A stretch of 64,000 nucleotides of DNA, from NCBI GenBank assembly GCA_963731265.1, contig CAVSUE010000001.1, positions 224,001-288,000 on the forward strand, written 5' to 3'. Positions 1-11,391 of this stretch are shown in pieces. The notes below the pieces were generated by a model that did not search any database, was not told the origin of the DNA, and worked only from the letters and a program-made list of their open reading frames with translations. Each line of letters begins with the position of its first letter. Position 1 is the first letter of the stretch. The DNA is from an uncultured Verrucomicrobiae bacterium (lineage in GTDB: Bacteria > Chlamydiota > Chlamydiia > Chlamydiales > Rhabdochlamydiaceae). A program made the translations under genes and the position numbers.

Positions 1-2213
<2,213 letters not shown>

Positions 2214-2409
2214 CTTTATTTTTCATCAACGACATGGAGATCTTAAGAACGTGTCATTGATGGCGCTGTTAAATCCGTGCATAGGAAGGTTTTGTAAATC
2301 AAGACCCGACGAAGCGCGGTCATATCGCCAGTGTGAAACTTAAAGCAAATCTCAAGCGTCAATTTTCATGAGTGAAAGTCTTTTAAGACTCTATCGACAA
2401 TCAAGTTTT

Positions 2410-2524
2410 CTTGGTGGCAATAGAGAAGGGGAAATACCTGATCCCATCCCGAACTCAGAAGTCAAGCCCTTCCTCGCCGATGGTACTGTACGCAAGAGTA
2501 TGGAAGAGTAGGTCGCCGCCAAGT
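2410..2524 (+). rRNA. rrf: 5S ribosomal RNA
   Basis: CTTGGTGGC...GATCCCATCCCGAACTCAGAAGTCAAG...GCCGATGGTACT...GAGTAGGTCGCCGCCAAG; complementary ends; follows 23S. Confidence 0.96.
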
Positions 2525-2533
2525 TTTTTTCCC

Positions 2534-2570
2534 GCCTCAGCTAGCGCAAGCTCGCTGAGGCTTTTTTTTT
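2534..2570 (+). terminator. Rho-independent terminator of rRNA operon
   Basis: GCCTCAGC...GCTGAGGC stem followed by T9. Confidence 0.9.
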
Positions 2571-2676
2571 AGTAATGCGCTACTGAAAGCTTGGTGAATC
2601 AAGTTTTAGCTCGCCATTCCCCGCATTTCCTTCTATTGTTCCCTGATCAGGAATTATTCCTTCTCTAAGCAAGGCT

Positions 2677-3276
2677 CTATTTAATCCCCAACTTCCACAT
2701 GTTTGCGCAGTAAAGATTTACTGCGTCGTCATTAAGGCGGACTCTAGTAAGGACTTTTTCCCTTAATTGAATCCGTATGGGTTTTTTGTTGTCTGATGTA
2801 TTTTCCGTACTCTTTTTATTCATCTTTGTATTTTTATTCTCTTGAATTTCACTTATTAGTGCCGCCTTTATCACCTTCGGCATATGATAAACTCCACCCA
2901 GTACCGCTTTACATAAATTATACCCGAGCCGCGGAGTGCTTTTGTATCCGACTGTTGGTGCAAGTAAGATATCCTTAAACGCCTGAGCGCATTTGTAGAC
3001 CAGAATCCCCAAGAAGGTTACATCAACTTTTAAACCTTGGGAAGAAAACTCTTCTAGGCCCTCGACATATTTGCCTGCATTTAAGGACAAACCCACAAGC
3101 AGGCTTTTACCTATAACCTTAATTGTCTGTACAGCAAAAGCTGTGATATATACAGCAAGGCGGCCTACAGAATCAGCCCTTCCAATTGACCACCTGCAGA
3201 ATCGGTTGTCCAAAATATTTGTTGAGGTTTGATCAACGGGACGATTAAATGAAGTAGCGGATCTAATAATGCTCAT
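2677..3276 (-). CDS. hypothetical protein, possible secreted effector
   Basis: 199-aa ORF, AAGGAG SD and good promoter upstream; Ser/Thr-rich N-terminus; no recognised domain. Confidence 0.7.
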   Translation of the reverse strand: MSIIRSATSFNRPVDQTSTNILDNRFCRWSIGRADSVGRLAVYITAFAVQTIKVIGKSLLVGLSLNAGKYVEGLEEFSSQGLKVDVTFLGILVYKCAQAFKDILLAPTVGYKSTPRLGYNLCKAVLGGVYHMPKVIKAALISEIQENKNTKMNKKSTENTSDNKKPIRIQLREKVLTRVRLNDDAVNLYCANMWKLGIK

Positions 3277-3296
3277 ACATTTCTCCTTTTATTTTT

Positions 3297-3326
3297 ATTA
3301 TATCATAATGATAATTTTAAATGCAA
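3297..3326 (-). promoter_or_regulatory. sigma66/sigma70-type promoter
   Basis: Minus strand TTGCAT-N18-TATAAT with extended TGn, 20 nt above the ATG at 3276. Confidence 0.65.
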
Positions 3327-3537
3327 ACTTTATATAAATTTATTAAAAACAGTTGAAAATCAATAGTTTGTGCTTTGGGCTATTTTATAATGTCGCGAAT
3401 TAATCTTTATTTAGGCTTAATTATTCAATTAACTTTACAGCTTTGTTTTTTCTAGTAGCAGTGCGTGGAGTTAGGAGCTTAAGTAGCTAAATGTTAAGAA
3501 ATTACGTGCAAAATATCTAATGCCACTTATAAAGAGG

Positions 3538-5058
3538 TCAGTGTTCAGGCTTTATTGGAAAGGAAACGGGCTGAAATTGGGATGGAACCTTCTGTCTACG
3601 GATCGCTTCTTCATAAGAAATGTGGATGATTTTTTTGATGATATTGAGATCCAAATCTTTATCGCAGTCTTGTCTTCTGGGCAGAAAAAATTGAAATGAT
3701 GTCTTGAAATAACCGTTATTTATTATGCTGTTCTCAGAAAAAACATCCTCGCCTAAGCAAGAAAACATTGTATCTATAGCGTTTTTTTCCGTTTCAGAAA
3801 GTTCTTCAAACAGCTGGTTCGATTGAGCTTTTAGATATTCATGAATTTTTTTAGCGCTTCTGTCTGATAAAGAATGCATGATTGAAAATAACTTTGGACG
3901 ATTGGTTTGGCTTGCCTCCTGTTCGCAGCCAATACTATTTAGATTTAACGCTGAAAATAGCGGCTCGTGAGTTGCGGAATGCAACCGGTATTTTTCTCTT
4001 ATAAACGCTAAGTATTCTGATGCGTTTTCACAATTTTCTAATTCATTTGCGTTTTCAAAAATTGCCTTGGACACAAATTCTGTTATTTGTTGATTTAATG
4101 CGGCTTGGAGGACGTCTAACATGCTTTTAATTCTTGGAGTATGGCAAAAGTGACTGATCGAAGATAGGATTTGAGACAAATGGTCTAATGCACGAGCAGA
4201 ATTTTTAAGATATTTTTTTTCGAATTTTCGTATTCGTTCGTGTATATTATCGACGTCGTCCGGAGAGGTGATTATCTTGAGGCCTTTTGGTGTTTGCGGG
4301 GCTTGGCAAATGTCCTTATTAAAGGCCTTCTTTATTCCATTGTTAAATGTATCCTCGAAATTCCGAAGCGTTTGATCATCGTCAAACAGGCTTTCGTAAC
4401 TCCTTTGTCTCAGAAAAGGGTCTATCGAGTCCAACTCTCTCTGTATTTGGGAAGGTATTTTGCCTGTGGGTGTGGTGCCAAAATATTTCTGATAAATTTT
4501 CTCGTCTATTTGGGCTTCTGTTAAAACGAAAATTTTTGAAAGGACTCGATTTAATTTTCGAAAATCTTCTTTCGAAGTGTAGAGCTCCTTTTTTGCAGCT
4601 TTGTGTACCTCGTTGAAAATGGAGATTCTTTCATTGCCTAGTTGTGAAATACACAAACAAGCTGGCGTTGTGCCGTTCAGTTTTTTTTTGATTTCTTCTT
4701 CGTTTTTTAGGATATATCGAATTTCGTAAAGATCGTAAGAAAGAAACCTTGTTTGTAAATCTTTGTTCCTTTTCTCAATCTTTTCTGGGTCACTCGTTGG
4801 GTCGGAGATGGAGAGTGCTGCTGCATCTGTGAGTAGGTAGCCAAACGTATCGGCTTTTTGAGCATGTAAGCGATCTCTCAGTATGCTTTTGATGGCCTCC
4901 TTTTGGAAGCTTCCCAGAAATCCAGTTTGCCATTGAAGATTTTTAAAAACTTTATTTACGGCTTCATCCAAATCAGATGTTCGCAGGTTGTCTGTCTCGA
5001 GCTGATCAATTTGTTCATGGATTTTAGATCCGCAAAATAATTTAATTATGAATGCCAT
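3538..5058 (-). CDS. hypothetical protein (AT-rich, possible effector)
   Basis: 506-aa ORF, low GC, TGnTATAAT at 5081-5089 upstream; no recognised domain. Confidence 0.75.
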   Translation of the reverse strand: MAFIIKLFCGSKIHEQIDQLETDNLRTSDLDEAVNKVFKNLQWQTGFLGSFQKEAIKSILRDRLHAQKADTFGYLLTDAAALSISDPTSDPEKIEKRNKDLQTRFLSYDLYEIRYILKNEEEIKKKLNGTTPACLCISQLGNERISIFNEVHKAAKKELYTSKEDFRKLNRVLSKIFVLTEAQIDEKIYQKYFGTTPTGKIPSQIQRELDSIDPFLRQRSYESLFDDDQTLRNFEDTFNNGIKKAFNKDICQAPQTPKGLKIITSPDDVDNIHERIRKFEKKYLKNSARALDHLSQILSSISHFCHTPRIKSMLDVLQAALNQQITEFVSKAIFENANELENCENASEYLAFIREKYRLHSATHEPLFSALNLNSIGCEQEASQTNRPKLFSIMHSLSDRSAKKIHEYLKAQSNQLFEELSETEKNAIDTMFSCLGEDVFSENSIINNGYFKTSFQFFLPRRQDCDKDLDLNIIKKIIHISYEEAIRRQKVPSQFQPVSFPIKPEH

Positions 5059-5186
5059 ATTACTTCTTTTATTTGGCTCTATTATATCATTTTAAATGTT
5101 TAATAATTGCTATATTCATTTTTTTTTAAAATATTTAGGTATAATTAACAGAGAATGAAGGACTTGGATATACAGAAGGAGATATG

Positions 5187-5230
5187 AAAAGGCCAAGAAG
5201 CATAACCTCTTGGCTTTAAGAGCATTAAAA
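5187..5230 (-). terminator. terminator hairpin, copy 1 of a ~40-bp direct repeat
   Basis: GCCAAGA...TCTTGGC stem preceded by an A-run on + strand; near-identical to 6533-6576. Confidence 0.7.
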
Positions 5231-6445
5231 CTGCGATAAGAGCTTTACAAGCGCGCTATGGGGAGCGCTTGTCACGTTCTTGCCCATAGGGAGCAGGATA
5301 TCTCCAGGATGAATGACATAGCCGGGGCTAATCTTCTTTTTTAAATCATTCTCTAGCGTGAGGATGCTTTCGGCCATGGCCGGCTTCGGCGTGGAAGAGG
5401 TCTTAACTTCAATGGGGATGATTTTTCCTTGCTCTTCGATCAGGAGATCCACTTCAATTCCTGAAGAAGTGCGCCAGAAGCAAATTTGAGGATCGATCCC
5501 TTGATTGGATAGTCTTTTGAAAATCTCGGAAAAGACAAAAGTCTCAAAAACGGCTCCGGCCATAGGTCCCGAAGCCAAATGTTCCGGATCACGAAGGCCA
5601 GTCAAATAGCATAGTGTGCCGACATCCAAAAAATAGACTTTAGGGGTCTTCACGAGGCGTTTGTTAATATTTGCGAAATAAGGCCGAAGGATAATGATTT
5701 GATAGGTGGCCTCCAAAACCCCTAACCACGATTTGGCCGTATTGACGGAAACCCCGATATACTTGGCGACATCAGAAATCTGAAAAAGTTGGCCGCTTCT
5801 TAATGCCCCCGAACGCAAGAAGATTTGAAATTGGGTCAAATCTCCGATTTGCCGGAGATTGCGAATATCTCTTTCTAGATAAGTCTGAATATAACTGCTC
5901 TGCCAAAGTCCCGCATCTTTTTCTGGATGTTCGCATAGTTCTGGATAGCATCCGCGGAGCATCAATTGCCAAAACTCCACCAAAGGAAGTTTGGGACGAT
6001 CCTCGCCACCACTAGGACTTGCCCAGGCAAAAGGATTTTCCGCTCTTCCAATCATTTCAATATGTGAAAGGGGGAGAAGTCTCAGCCTGGCAGCTCTTCC
6101 CGCTAAGCTTTCGTTGACTTGTTGCAAAAGAAGGAGATTTTGCGAGCCAGTCAAGACCGTAGGTGTTCCTATTTTCGTCGGTTTTTTCCTTAATATAAAA
6201 GAGCACATCAGGAGCATATTGAATCTCATCGAAAATCACTGGCGGCGGATAAAGTTCGATAAAGCCTCTTGGATCAGCTAGTCTGACATCAGGGGGTTCC
6301 AATGAAATGTATTTGTAGCTCTTGAAAGGTGCTTGAGGAGAGTGGTTTTGCCTGCTTGCCGCGGCCCTGTTAAAACAACTGCTGGAAATTGTTGGGCAGT
6401 TTTTTTTAGAACAGGCTCTAAAGATCTGGGGATATAATCAGTCAT
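5225..6445 (-). pseudogene. AAA_14 / DUF4143-type ATP-binding protein, frameshifted
   Basis: MTDYIPRSLEPVLKK...GPRQAGKTT (Walker A) from ATG 6445; FDEIQYAP (Walker B) in a second frame; LTGSQ...ESLAGR...KRLVKTPKVYFLDVG...EVDLL..IPIEVK in a third frame. Confidence 0.85.
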
Positions 6446-6446
6446 A

Positions 6447-6483
6447 TCCTGCAATTTTGCATTTTGAATGCAAAATTGCAGGA
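6447..6483. promoter_or_regulatory. perfect 17-bp inverted repeat directly above the ATPase start codon
   Basis: TCCTGCAATTTTGCATT-TTG-AATGCAAAATTGCAGGA. Confidence 0.6.
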
Positions 6484-6532
6484 AGAGAGTTTTTCCAGAA
6501 AATTAAAAAATTTTATATATGCTGGGGCAAGA

Positions 6533-6576
6533 AAAAAGCCAAGAAGCGAACCTCTTGGCTTTGAGAGCATTAGAAA
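6533..6576 (-). terminator. terminator of RRM gene, copy 2 of the direct repeat
   Basis: AAAAAGCCAAGAAGCGAACCTCTTGGCTTTGAGAGCATTAG; hairpin plus U-tract on minus strand. Confidence 0.75.
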
Positions 6577-6579
6577 ATA

Positions 6580-6939
6580 TTAATGTTCACGACGGGAGCG
6601 GAAAGGACGGTCTCCACCACGGAAGCCGCCACGTTCTCCACCACCACCACCGCGATCGTCTCTGCGAGGAGCGCGTGGTTGTTCAGGGCGAGCGTCGTTG
6701 ACGATGAGGGTACGGCCATTGAGAGCTTTACCGTTCAATCCTTCGACAGCTTTTCTAGCATCATCACCATTTTCCATCTCAACAAAGCCGAAGCCTTTTG
6801 ACATGCCGGTGAATTTGTCTGTAACAATCCGAACGGAAGCGATCGGACCAAAGGCAGAAAACAGTTCGTGGAGCTCTTCTTCAGTTGTGCTGAATGGAAG
6901 GCTTCCAACATACAGTTTTTTATTTGCAGCTTGATTCAT
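6580..6939 (-). CDS. RRM-domain RNA-binding protein with Gly/Arg-rich tail
   Basis: RNP2 LYVGSL, RNP1 KGFGFVEM, RGG-rich C-terminus. Confidence 0.95.
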   Translation of the reverse strand: MNQAANKKLYVGSLPFSTTEEELHELFSAFGPIASVRIVTDKFTGMSKGFGFVEMENGDDARKAVEGLNGKALNGRTLIVNDARPEQPRAPRRDDRGGGGGERGGFRGGDRPFRSRREH

Positions 6940-7246
6940 ATTTCTCCAATAATAGAAATGTACTTAGCTCGTTGATGTTGAGGGGGTTGGGAAGAATCAT
7001 TTTTTGTTCGCAACTCCTAACTAGGAGCTAAGTCGTTTGTAGTTAAAACAACGTTGACTCGGGATCTGGTCACCACCGGAACAAAAAACTGCACGCTGGG
7101 ACAAAACACGGGAAACGTTCGAGTTATTGTTCAAGACCATTGCCTTTAAACTTTAACTTACATTTAAGTTATCAAATCGGGGAATGGATGTCCACCGAAA
7201 ACCTCCTGTTTCCAAAAAAGATTAAAATAATTATTACTAGATGGAA

Positions 7247-7419
7247 TACCGAAATGAGCTTAAAAGTTGGGAGTTGGGCAAGCAGACGCCCTGAATTTGA
7301 GCCAGGCTTTGCCGGCGGCGCGAAGCAGCACAACTTAAATAAGTTGTGCGATGCAGGCGGGCTCAAATGCAGTGGCTGCTCGACGACGGCAAAAATCAAC
7401 TTTTGAGCTCATTTCGGTA
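7247..7419. mobile_element. MITE-like palindromic element (family A), TA-flanked
   Basis: TA-CCGAAATGAGCTTAAAAGTTG ... CAACTTTTGAGCTCATTTCGG-TA (1 mismatch); central hairpin GCACAACTTA-AA-TAAGTTGTGC. Confidence 0.7.
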
Positions 7420-7439
7420 TATTGCTAAGAGGGATTTTT

Positions 7440-8147
7440 ATGCTTCATGTGCGGATTTTGACGTTATGCGTGGCGATTCTTGGATCGGTGTTGGGTTTTT
7501 GCGATGAGCAGAATCTATGGCTGATCGAGCAAGATTTTGTCAAATTCGGCAAAAAGGAGGTCTATGAAAAACTGAAGAAGGAAATGCTGAGCGAACAGTT
7601 CGGGCCTTTTTCCGCCTATGCTATGCAGGAACAGGACTCGATGCAATACATCTATTTGATTCCTGTTAAGGATTTTAACGGGCTCGGCGATTTCATAGGC
7701 AAAAAAATGGAACTTGAGGATGGGTTAAGTGCAGAGGAACGCCTTCCCTATGTCAGCACGTTGAATTTTACGATGCAAAATTTGATGCGATTTTTGCCTG
7801 ATTGCTCGTATGTCCCTCAAACTGGAGAGAATTTGGCCGCATTTCGTTGTTTGTATTTTTATGTGTATAGCATTGTACCGGGCAATGAAACGGTTTTCGA
7901 AGCGCAACTGCATAAAATTGCAGAGGAGCAAGCAAACGCGGAGGGCCATTGCATCCGTTGCTGGAAGATCGTGATCGGCGGGGATGTGCCTAAATATGCC
8001 GTAGCCGTTTTTGGCTTTGATGAGAAGCGAGTGAAAAAGGATGCGGAGGATCTCGAATTAATCACTCCCCCCTTGAAAAATTTACTGCGTTCTCAAAAAC
8101 AAGGGGGCGCCGTCTTAAGGAAAGATCTCTCTAAACAGATGCGTTAA
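7440..8147 (+). CDS. exported hypothetical protein
   Basis: Signal-peptide-like N-terminus, GAGGGG SD before ATG 7440; two loosely similar halves, possibly dimeric alpha/beta-barrel-like. Confidence 0.75.
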   Translation: MLHVRILTLCVAILGSVLGFCDEQNLWLIEQDFVKFGKKEVYEKLKKEMLSEQFGPFSAYAMQEQDSMQYIYLIPVKDFNGLGDFIGKKMELEDGLSAEERLPYVSTLNFTMQNLMRFLPDCSYVPQTGENLAAFRCLYFYVYSIVPGNETVFEAQLHKIAEEQANAEGHCIRCWKIVIGGDVPKYAVAVFGFDEKRVKKDAEDLELITPPLKNLLRSQKQGGAVLRKDLSKQMR

Positions 8148-9006
8148 TTGTATAGCGTGGGATGTTGAGGAGGGGCCACTCCTCATTGTGCGTATAAGCG
8201 CGGAGAAGTTCCATGATGCGGTTCGTGCGGGGACCTACTTTGCCGTCTGCGATGGGAAGCGAATCGATCTGAATGACAGGCATGACTTCTTTGTTGCTCG
8301 AGGTGACAAAGGCTTCTTGCATATCTTTGATCTCTTCGTATTTGAGTGGATGCAGTTGGATCGGAAAGTGAGGAGCGCATAGCTTCAAGACAACTTCGCG
8401 AGTGATGCCGATCAGCACTTCGTCGGAGCAGCAGGTATAGAGGACATCGTTTTTAAAGGCGAAAAAATTGCTGGTCGTCGCTTCTAAAATTTCGTCGCGC
8501 GCGTTGACGTAAAGGACTTCTTGCGCGTCGGATGCTTTTCCTTGCTGCATCGCCATGATGGCGGGAGTGTAGTGGGTGGTCTTGCTCATGGGGAGGCTGC
8601 GATTTAGGCGGGTCGTAACGACTTTAATCCCGTTCGCGAAAAAATCCTTGGGATAAGTGTAAAGAGGATAGGCAAAGACAATTAAATTTCCTTCCGGATT
8701 GGGCGTGAACTGGTCTTTGCTGATACCGCCCGTCACGAGAATTTTAATGCTGGATTCACCCCTATGATGGGCGGTTTTGACGCTATGAAGAACGATCTCT
8801 TGAATCTCGGGCAGTGATTTTGGCAGGGCGAGGCCAATTTGTTCGGAAGAGTATTTGAGGCGCAGCAAATGATCCCAGAGATGAAAAGGGCGGCCATTGT
8901 AGGTGCGCAAGTAGTCAAAGATGCTGAAGCCTCTCAGAATAGAAAGATCGAGAATCGAAATTTTGGCGTCTTCTTCTTTTACGTATGTTCCGTTAATATA
9001 GTACAT
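8131..9006 (-). CDS. class IV aminotransferase (D-amino-acid / branched-chain type)
   Basis: YYINGTY, RGFSIFDYLR, DHLLRLKYS, EATTSNFF, LIGITR, EAFVTSS motifs; start moved to ATG 9006 because the longer ORF runs into a repeat element. Confidence 0.9.
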   Translation of the reverse strand: MYYINGTYVKEEDAKISILDLSILRGFSIFDYLRTYNGRPFHLWDHLLRLKYSSEQIGLALPKSLPEIQEIVLHSVKTAHHRGESSIKILVTGGISKDQFTPNPEGNLIVFAYPLYTYPKDFFANGIKVVTTRLNRSLPMSKTTHYTPAIMAMQQGKASDAQEVLYVNARDEILEATTSNFFAFKNDVLYTCCSDEVLIGITREVVLKLCAPHFPIQLHPLKYEEIKDMQEAFVTSSNKEVMPVIQIDSLPIADGKVGPRTNRIMELLRAYTHNEEWPLLNIPRYTINASV

Positions 9007-9054
9007 GATCGTTTTCCTTGTCCCAAATTCCACTTTAACACAAAACAGTCTCTT

Positions 9055-9174
9055 GAACCTATCCCAGAAGTGGAAAAGCATGCTTTTTGAGTCTTGTTCC
9101 ACACCTTTTAATGCCGCTTCTTGGCCTAGTGCCCCGTTTCAAAAATCAAATTTTTCGAATTCTGAGATAGGTTC
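9055..9174. mobile_element. MITE-like palindromic element (family B, internally deleted copy)
   Basis: GAACCTATCCCAGAA ... TTCTGAGATAGGTTC; homologous in inverted orientation to 61581-61741. Confidence 0.75.
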
Positions 9175-9231
9175 TTTGATCATTTAAAAAATAACTTGCA
9201 CGTTTTTTTCCAACCACATATTTATTTATCT

Positions 9232-9444
9232 ATGGCTTTGAAAGAAACGATAACTACGATGCGACAACACCTCAACGACCTTTCTCAAAACTTGGAAAAG
9301 GCGACGGGAGGCAATCGAGCGGCCGCGCAAAGAGTGCGCACGGGAACGATTCAATTTTCAAAAATCGCTAAACTGTTCCGGAAGGAATCGGTCGACGCGG
9401 AAAAGAAACCCAAAAAAAAGCGGAAAATCCGCCAAGTCATATGA
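9232..9444 (+). CDS. hctA: histone H1-like protein Hc1, short form
   Basis: MALKET...LEKA..GNRAAAQRVRTGTI...AKLFRKESV is the chlamydial Hc1 N-terminal domain; next to rlmD-yajC. Confidence 0.85.
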   Translation: MALKETITTMRQHLNDLSQNLEKATGGNRAAAQRVRTGTIQFSKIAKLFRKESVDAEKKPKKKRKIRQVI

Positions 9445-9494
9445 ACTTTTCTCCCCTTTCTTTCATTGTTTTTTTATATTAAGCTTCTTCTGTT

Positions 9495-10892
9495 ATGGGA
9501 AGTAAAGTTTCTATTTGTATTGATCATTTTAATCGACGGGGGTGGGGCGTAGGCCATTGCGACCATCCGGGCAAAGTGGAACTGATAGGTACCCTCCCGG
9601 GCGATGAGGTCTTGGCGGAGCTCCATCGTAGAAGACGGGGGAAATCGCGCGGCACTGTGTCCGAAATTGTCCGCGCCTCATCTTTGCGTGTTGAGCCTCG
9701 TTGTCCCCACGTTCCTCATTGCGGAGGATGCACCTGGCAGCAAATGCAGTACTCCGTCCAACTTGAAGAGAAGGAGCGCAGGGTAAAGGCGGCGTTTGCT
9801 GAGCTTATCGCTGCACACCAGCCTGAATGCAAGCCGATCATTGCTTGCGACGAGCCTTGGGGCTATCGCAACAAGATGGAGTTTTCTTTTTCTCAAAATC
9901 GGGCAGGCGAGCGTTTTTTGGGATTGATCCTTGCAGGGACCAGGGGCCACGTGCTCAATTTGAAGGAATGCCATCTTGTCTCGGACTGGTTTATGCCCCT
10001 GCTGAAAAACGTGCGGGTGTGGTGGGAGCAAAGCGGACTTGCCGCTTACCGGATGAACGACACGGGTACGCTCAGAACGCTGATTGTGCGAGAAGGCAAA
10101 AGGACCGGCGACAAGCTTGTCATGTTGACTGTTTCCGGCAATCCCGCTTTTGCACTTTCTAAAATAGAGCTCAGCCGGTTCATCGATACTGTCAAGGCCT
10201 CTGTTCGGGAAGAAGAATGGCCCAGGCTGAGTATTTTTTTACGCGTGCAGCAGATACTCAAAGGGAGCCCGACACAATTTTTTGAGATGCACCTGCATGG
10301 CCCTGACCATTTATTGGAAAAAATGCAGATTGAGGGCCAAAGAGAGCTGGTGTTTAAGATCAGTCCGACCTCTTTTTTTCAGCCGAATACCTTTCAGGCG
10401 GAGAAACTTTATTCCGAAGCTTTGAAGATGGTCTCTTTTCCTAAAAAACATGTCCTGGACCTCTATGCAGGCACGGCAACTTTGGGGATCGCGATGGCCA
10501 TGCAGGCGGAAAAAGTCACTGCCATCGAGATTAACCCTCATGCGTGCTTTGACGCGGAAAGCAATAAAGAATTGAATCAGCTCCGTAATTTGGAGATTTT
10601 ATGCGGAGATGTCGGCAAAAAACTCGAAGAAATACGTAAGAGGCCGGATTTTGTTCCCCCAGATTTGATCGTCGTCGATCCCCCCCGGACAGGATTGGAT
10701 CCATCGGCATTGGACCATCTTAAATCTTTGCGGCCTAAAGAAATCCTTTATGTCTCCTGCAATTATGAGACCCAGGCCGCTAATGTTCAAGAAATCGGTA
10801 AAGCAGGGTATCGTTTGGCCCAAATCCTGCCATTAGATCAGTTTCCCCACACTCCCCATATAGAAAATATTTGTTTGCTTGATTTCAGGTAG
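9495..10892 (+). CDS. rlmD: 23S rRNA (uracil-5)-methyltransferase RlmD
   Basis: TRAM-like start, CPHVPHCGGC Fe-S motif, YRNKMEF, SFFQPN, DLYAGTA, VDPPRTG, YVSCN, DQFPHTPHIE. Confidence 0.95.
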   Translation: MGSKVSICIDHFNRRGWGVGHCDHPGKVELIGTLPGDEVLAELHRRRRGKSRGTVSEIVRASSLRVEPRCPHVPHCGGCTWQQMQYSVQLEEKERRVKAAFAELIAAHQPECKPIIACDEPWGYRNKMEFSFSQNRAGERFLGLILAGTRGHVLNLKECHLVSDWFMPLLKNVRVWWEQSGLAAYRMNDTGTLRTLIVREGKRTGDKLVMLTVSGNPAFALSKIELSRFIDTVKASVREEEWPRLSIFLRVQQILKGSPTQFFEMHLHGPDHLLEKMQIEGQRELVFKISPTSFFQPNTFQAEKLYSEALKMVSFPKKHVLDLYAGTATLGIAMAMQAEKVTAIEINPHACFDAESNKELNQLRNLEILCGDVGKKLEEIRKRPDFVPPDLIVVDPPRTGLDPSALDHLKSLRPKEILYVSCNYETQAANVQEIGKAGYRLAQILPLDQFPHTPHIENICLLDFR

Positions 10893-10959
10893 GTTTTCCG
10901 GCAACCTAGAGAAAGTTTCACTTTTAAATAAATTTTTTCTTTTTTTAAGGATGGCATAC

Positions 10960-11361
10960 ATGAAAAAACTAGTTTCTTTTCTCGCGAGCGGAACTTTTTT
11001 AACGGCTGCATTGCCGCTTTTTGCCGAAGAAGGCGAAGCAGCTCCAAGCGCTGGCGGCGGTAACATGATTCAGACAGTGATCATGATCGCAGTCGCCCTT
11101 GTGTTCTTTTATTTTATCCTCTGGCGACCAGAGCAAAAAAGACGCAAACAAATGGAAAAAGTGCGCAGCTCGCTCAAAAAAGGCGACCGCATCACGGCCA
11201 TGGGTATCATTGGCACCGTTGTCAAAGTCCAGGAAAATACGATCATTGTTTCTCTCTACGACGGGGCAAAAATGGAAATTTTGAAAGCAGCGATCACAGA
11301 TGTGCAATCTTCTGCTGAAGAAAAAGCGGAAAAATCTGTAGAAGTAAGCGAAAAGAGCTAA
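10960..11361 (+). CDS. yajC: preprotein translocase subunit YajC
   Basis: FFYFILWRPEQKRRK...LKKGDRITAMGIIGTV; start could be 10951. Confidence 0.95.
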   Translation: MKKLVSFLASGTFLTAALPLFAEEGEAAPSAGGGNMIQTVIMIAVALVFFYFILWRPEQKRRKQMEKVRSSLKKGDRITAMGIIGTVVKVQENTIIVSLYDGAKMEILKAAITDVQSSAEEKAEKSVEVSEKS

Positions 11362-11391
11362 ATTATTTCTATCTTTCAGAAAAAAAGCCGG

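Noticed and set aside
2214..2409. tRNA in the 23S-5S spacer
   Set aside because: No cloverleaf or TTCGA T-loop recognised
9007..9231. N-terminal extensions of the aminotransferase and hctA, and the 60-aa ORF resembling 61585-61767
   Set aside because: They read through the family B element or intergenic DNA; the similarity is non-coding repeat homology
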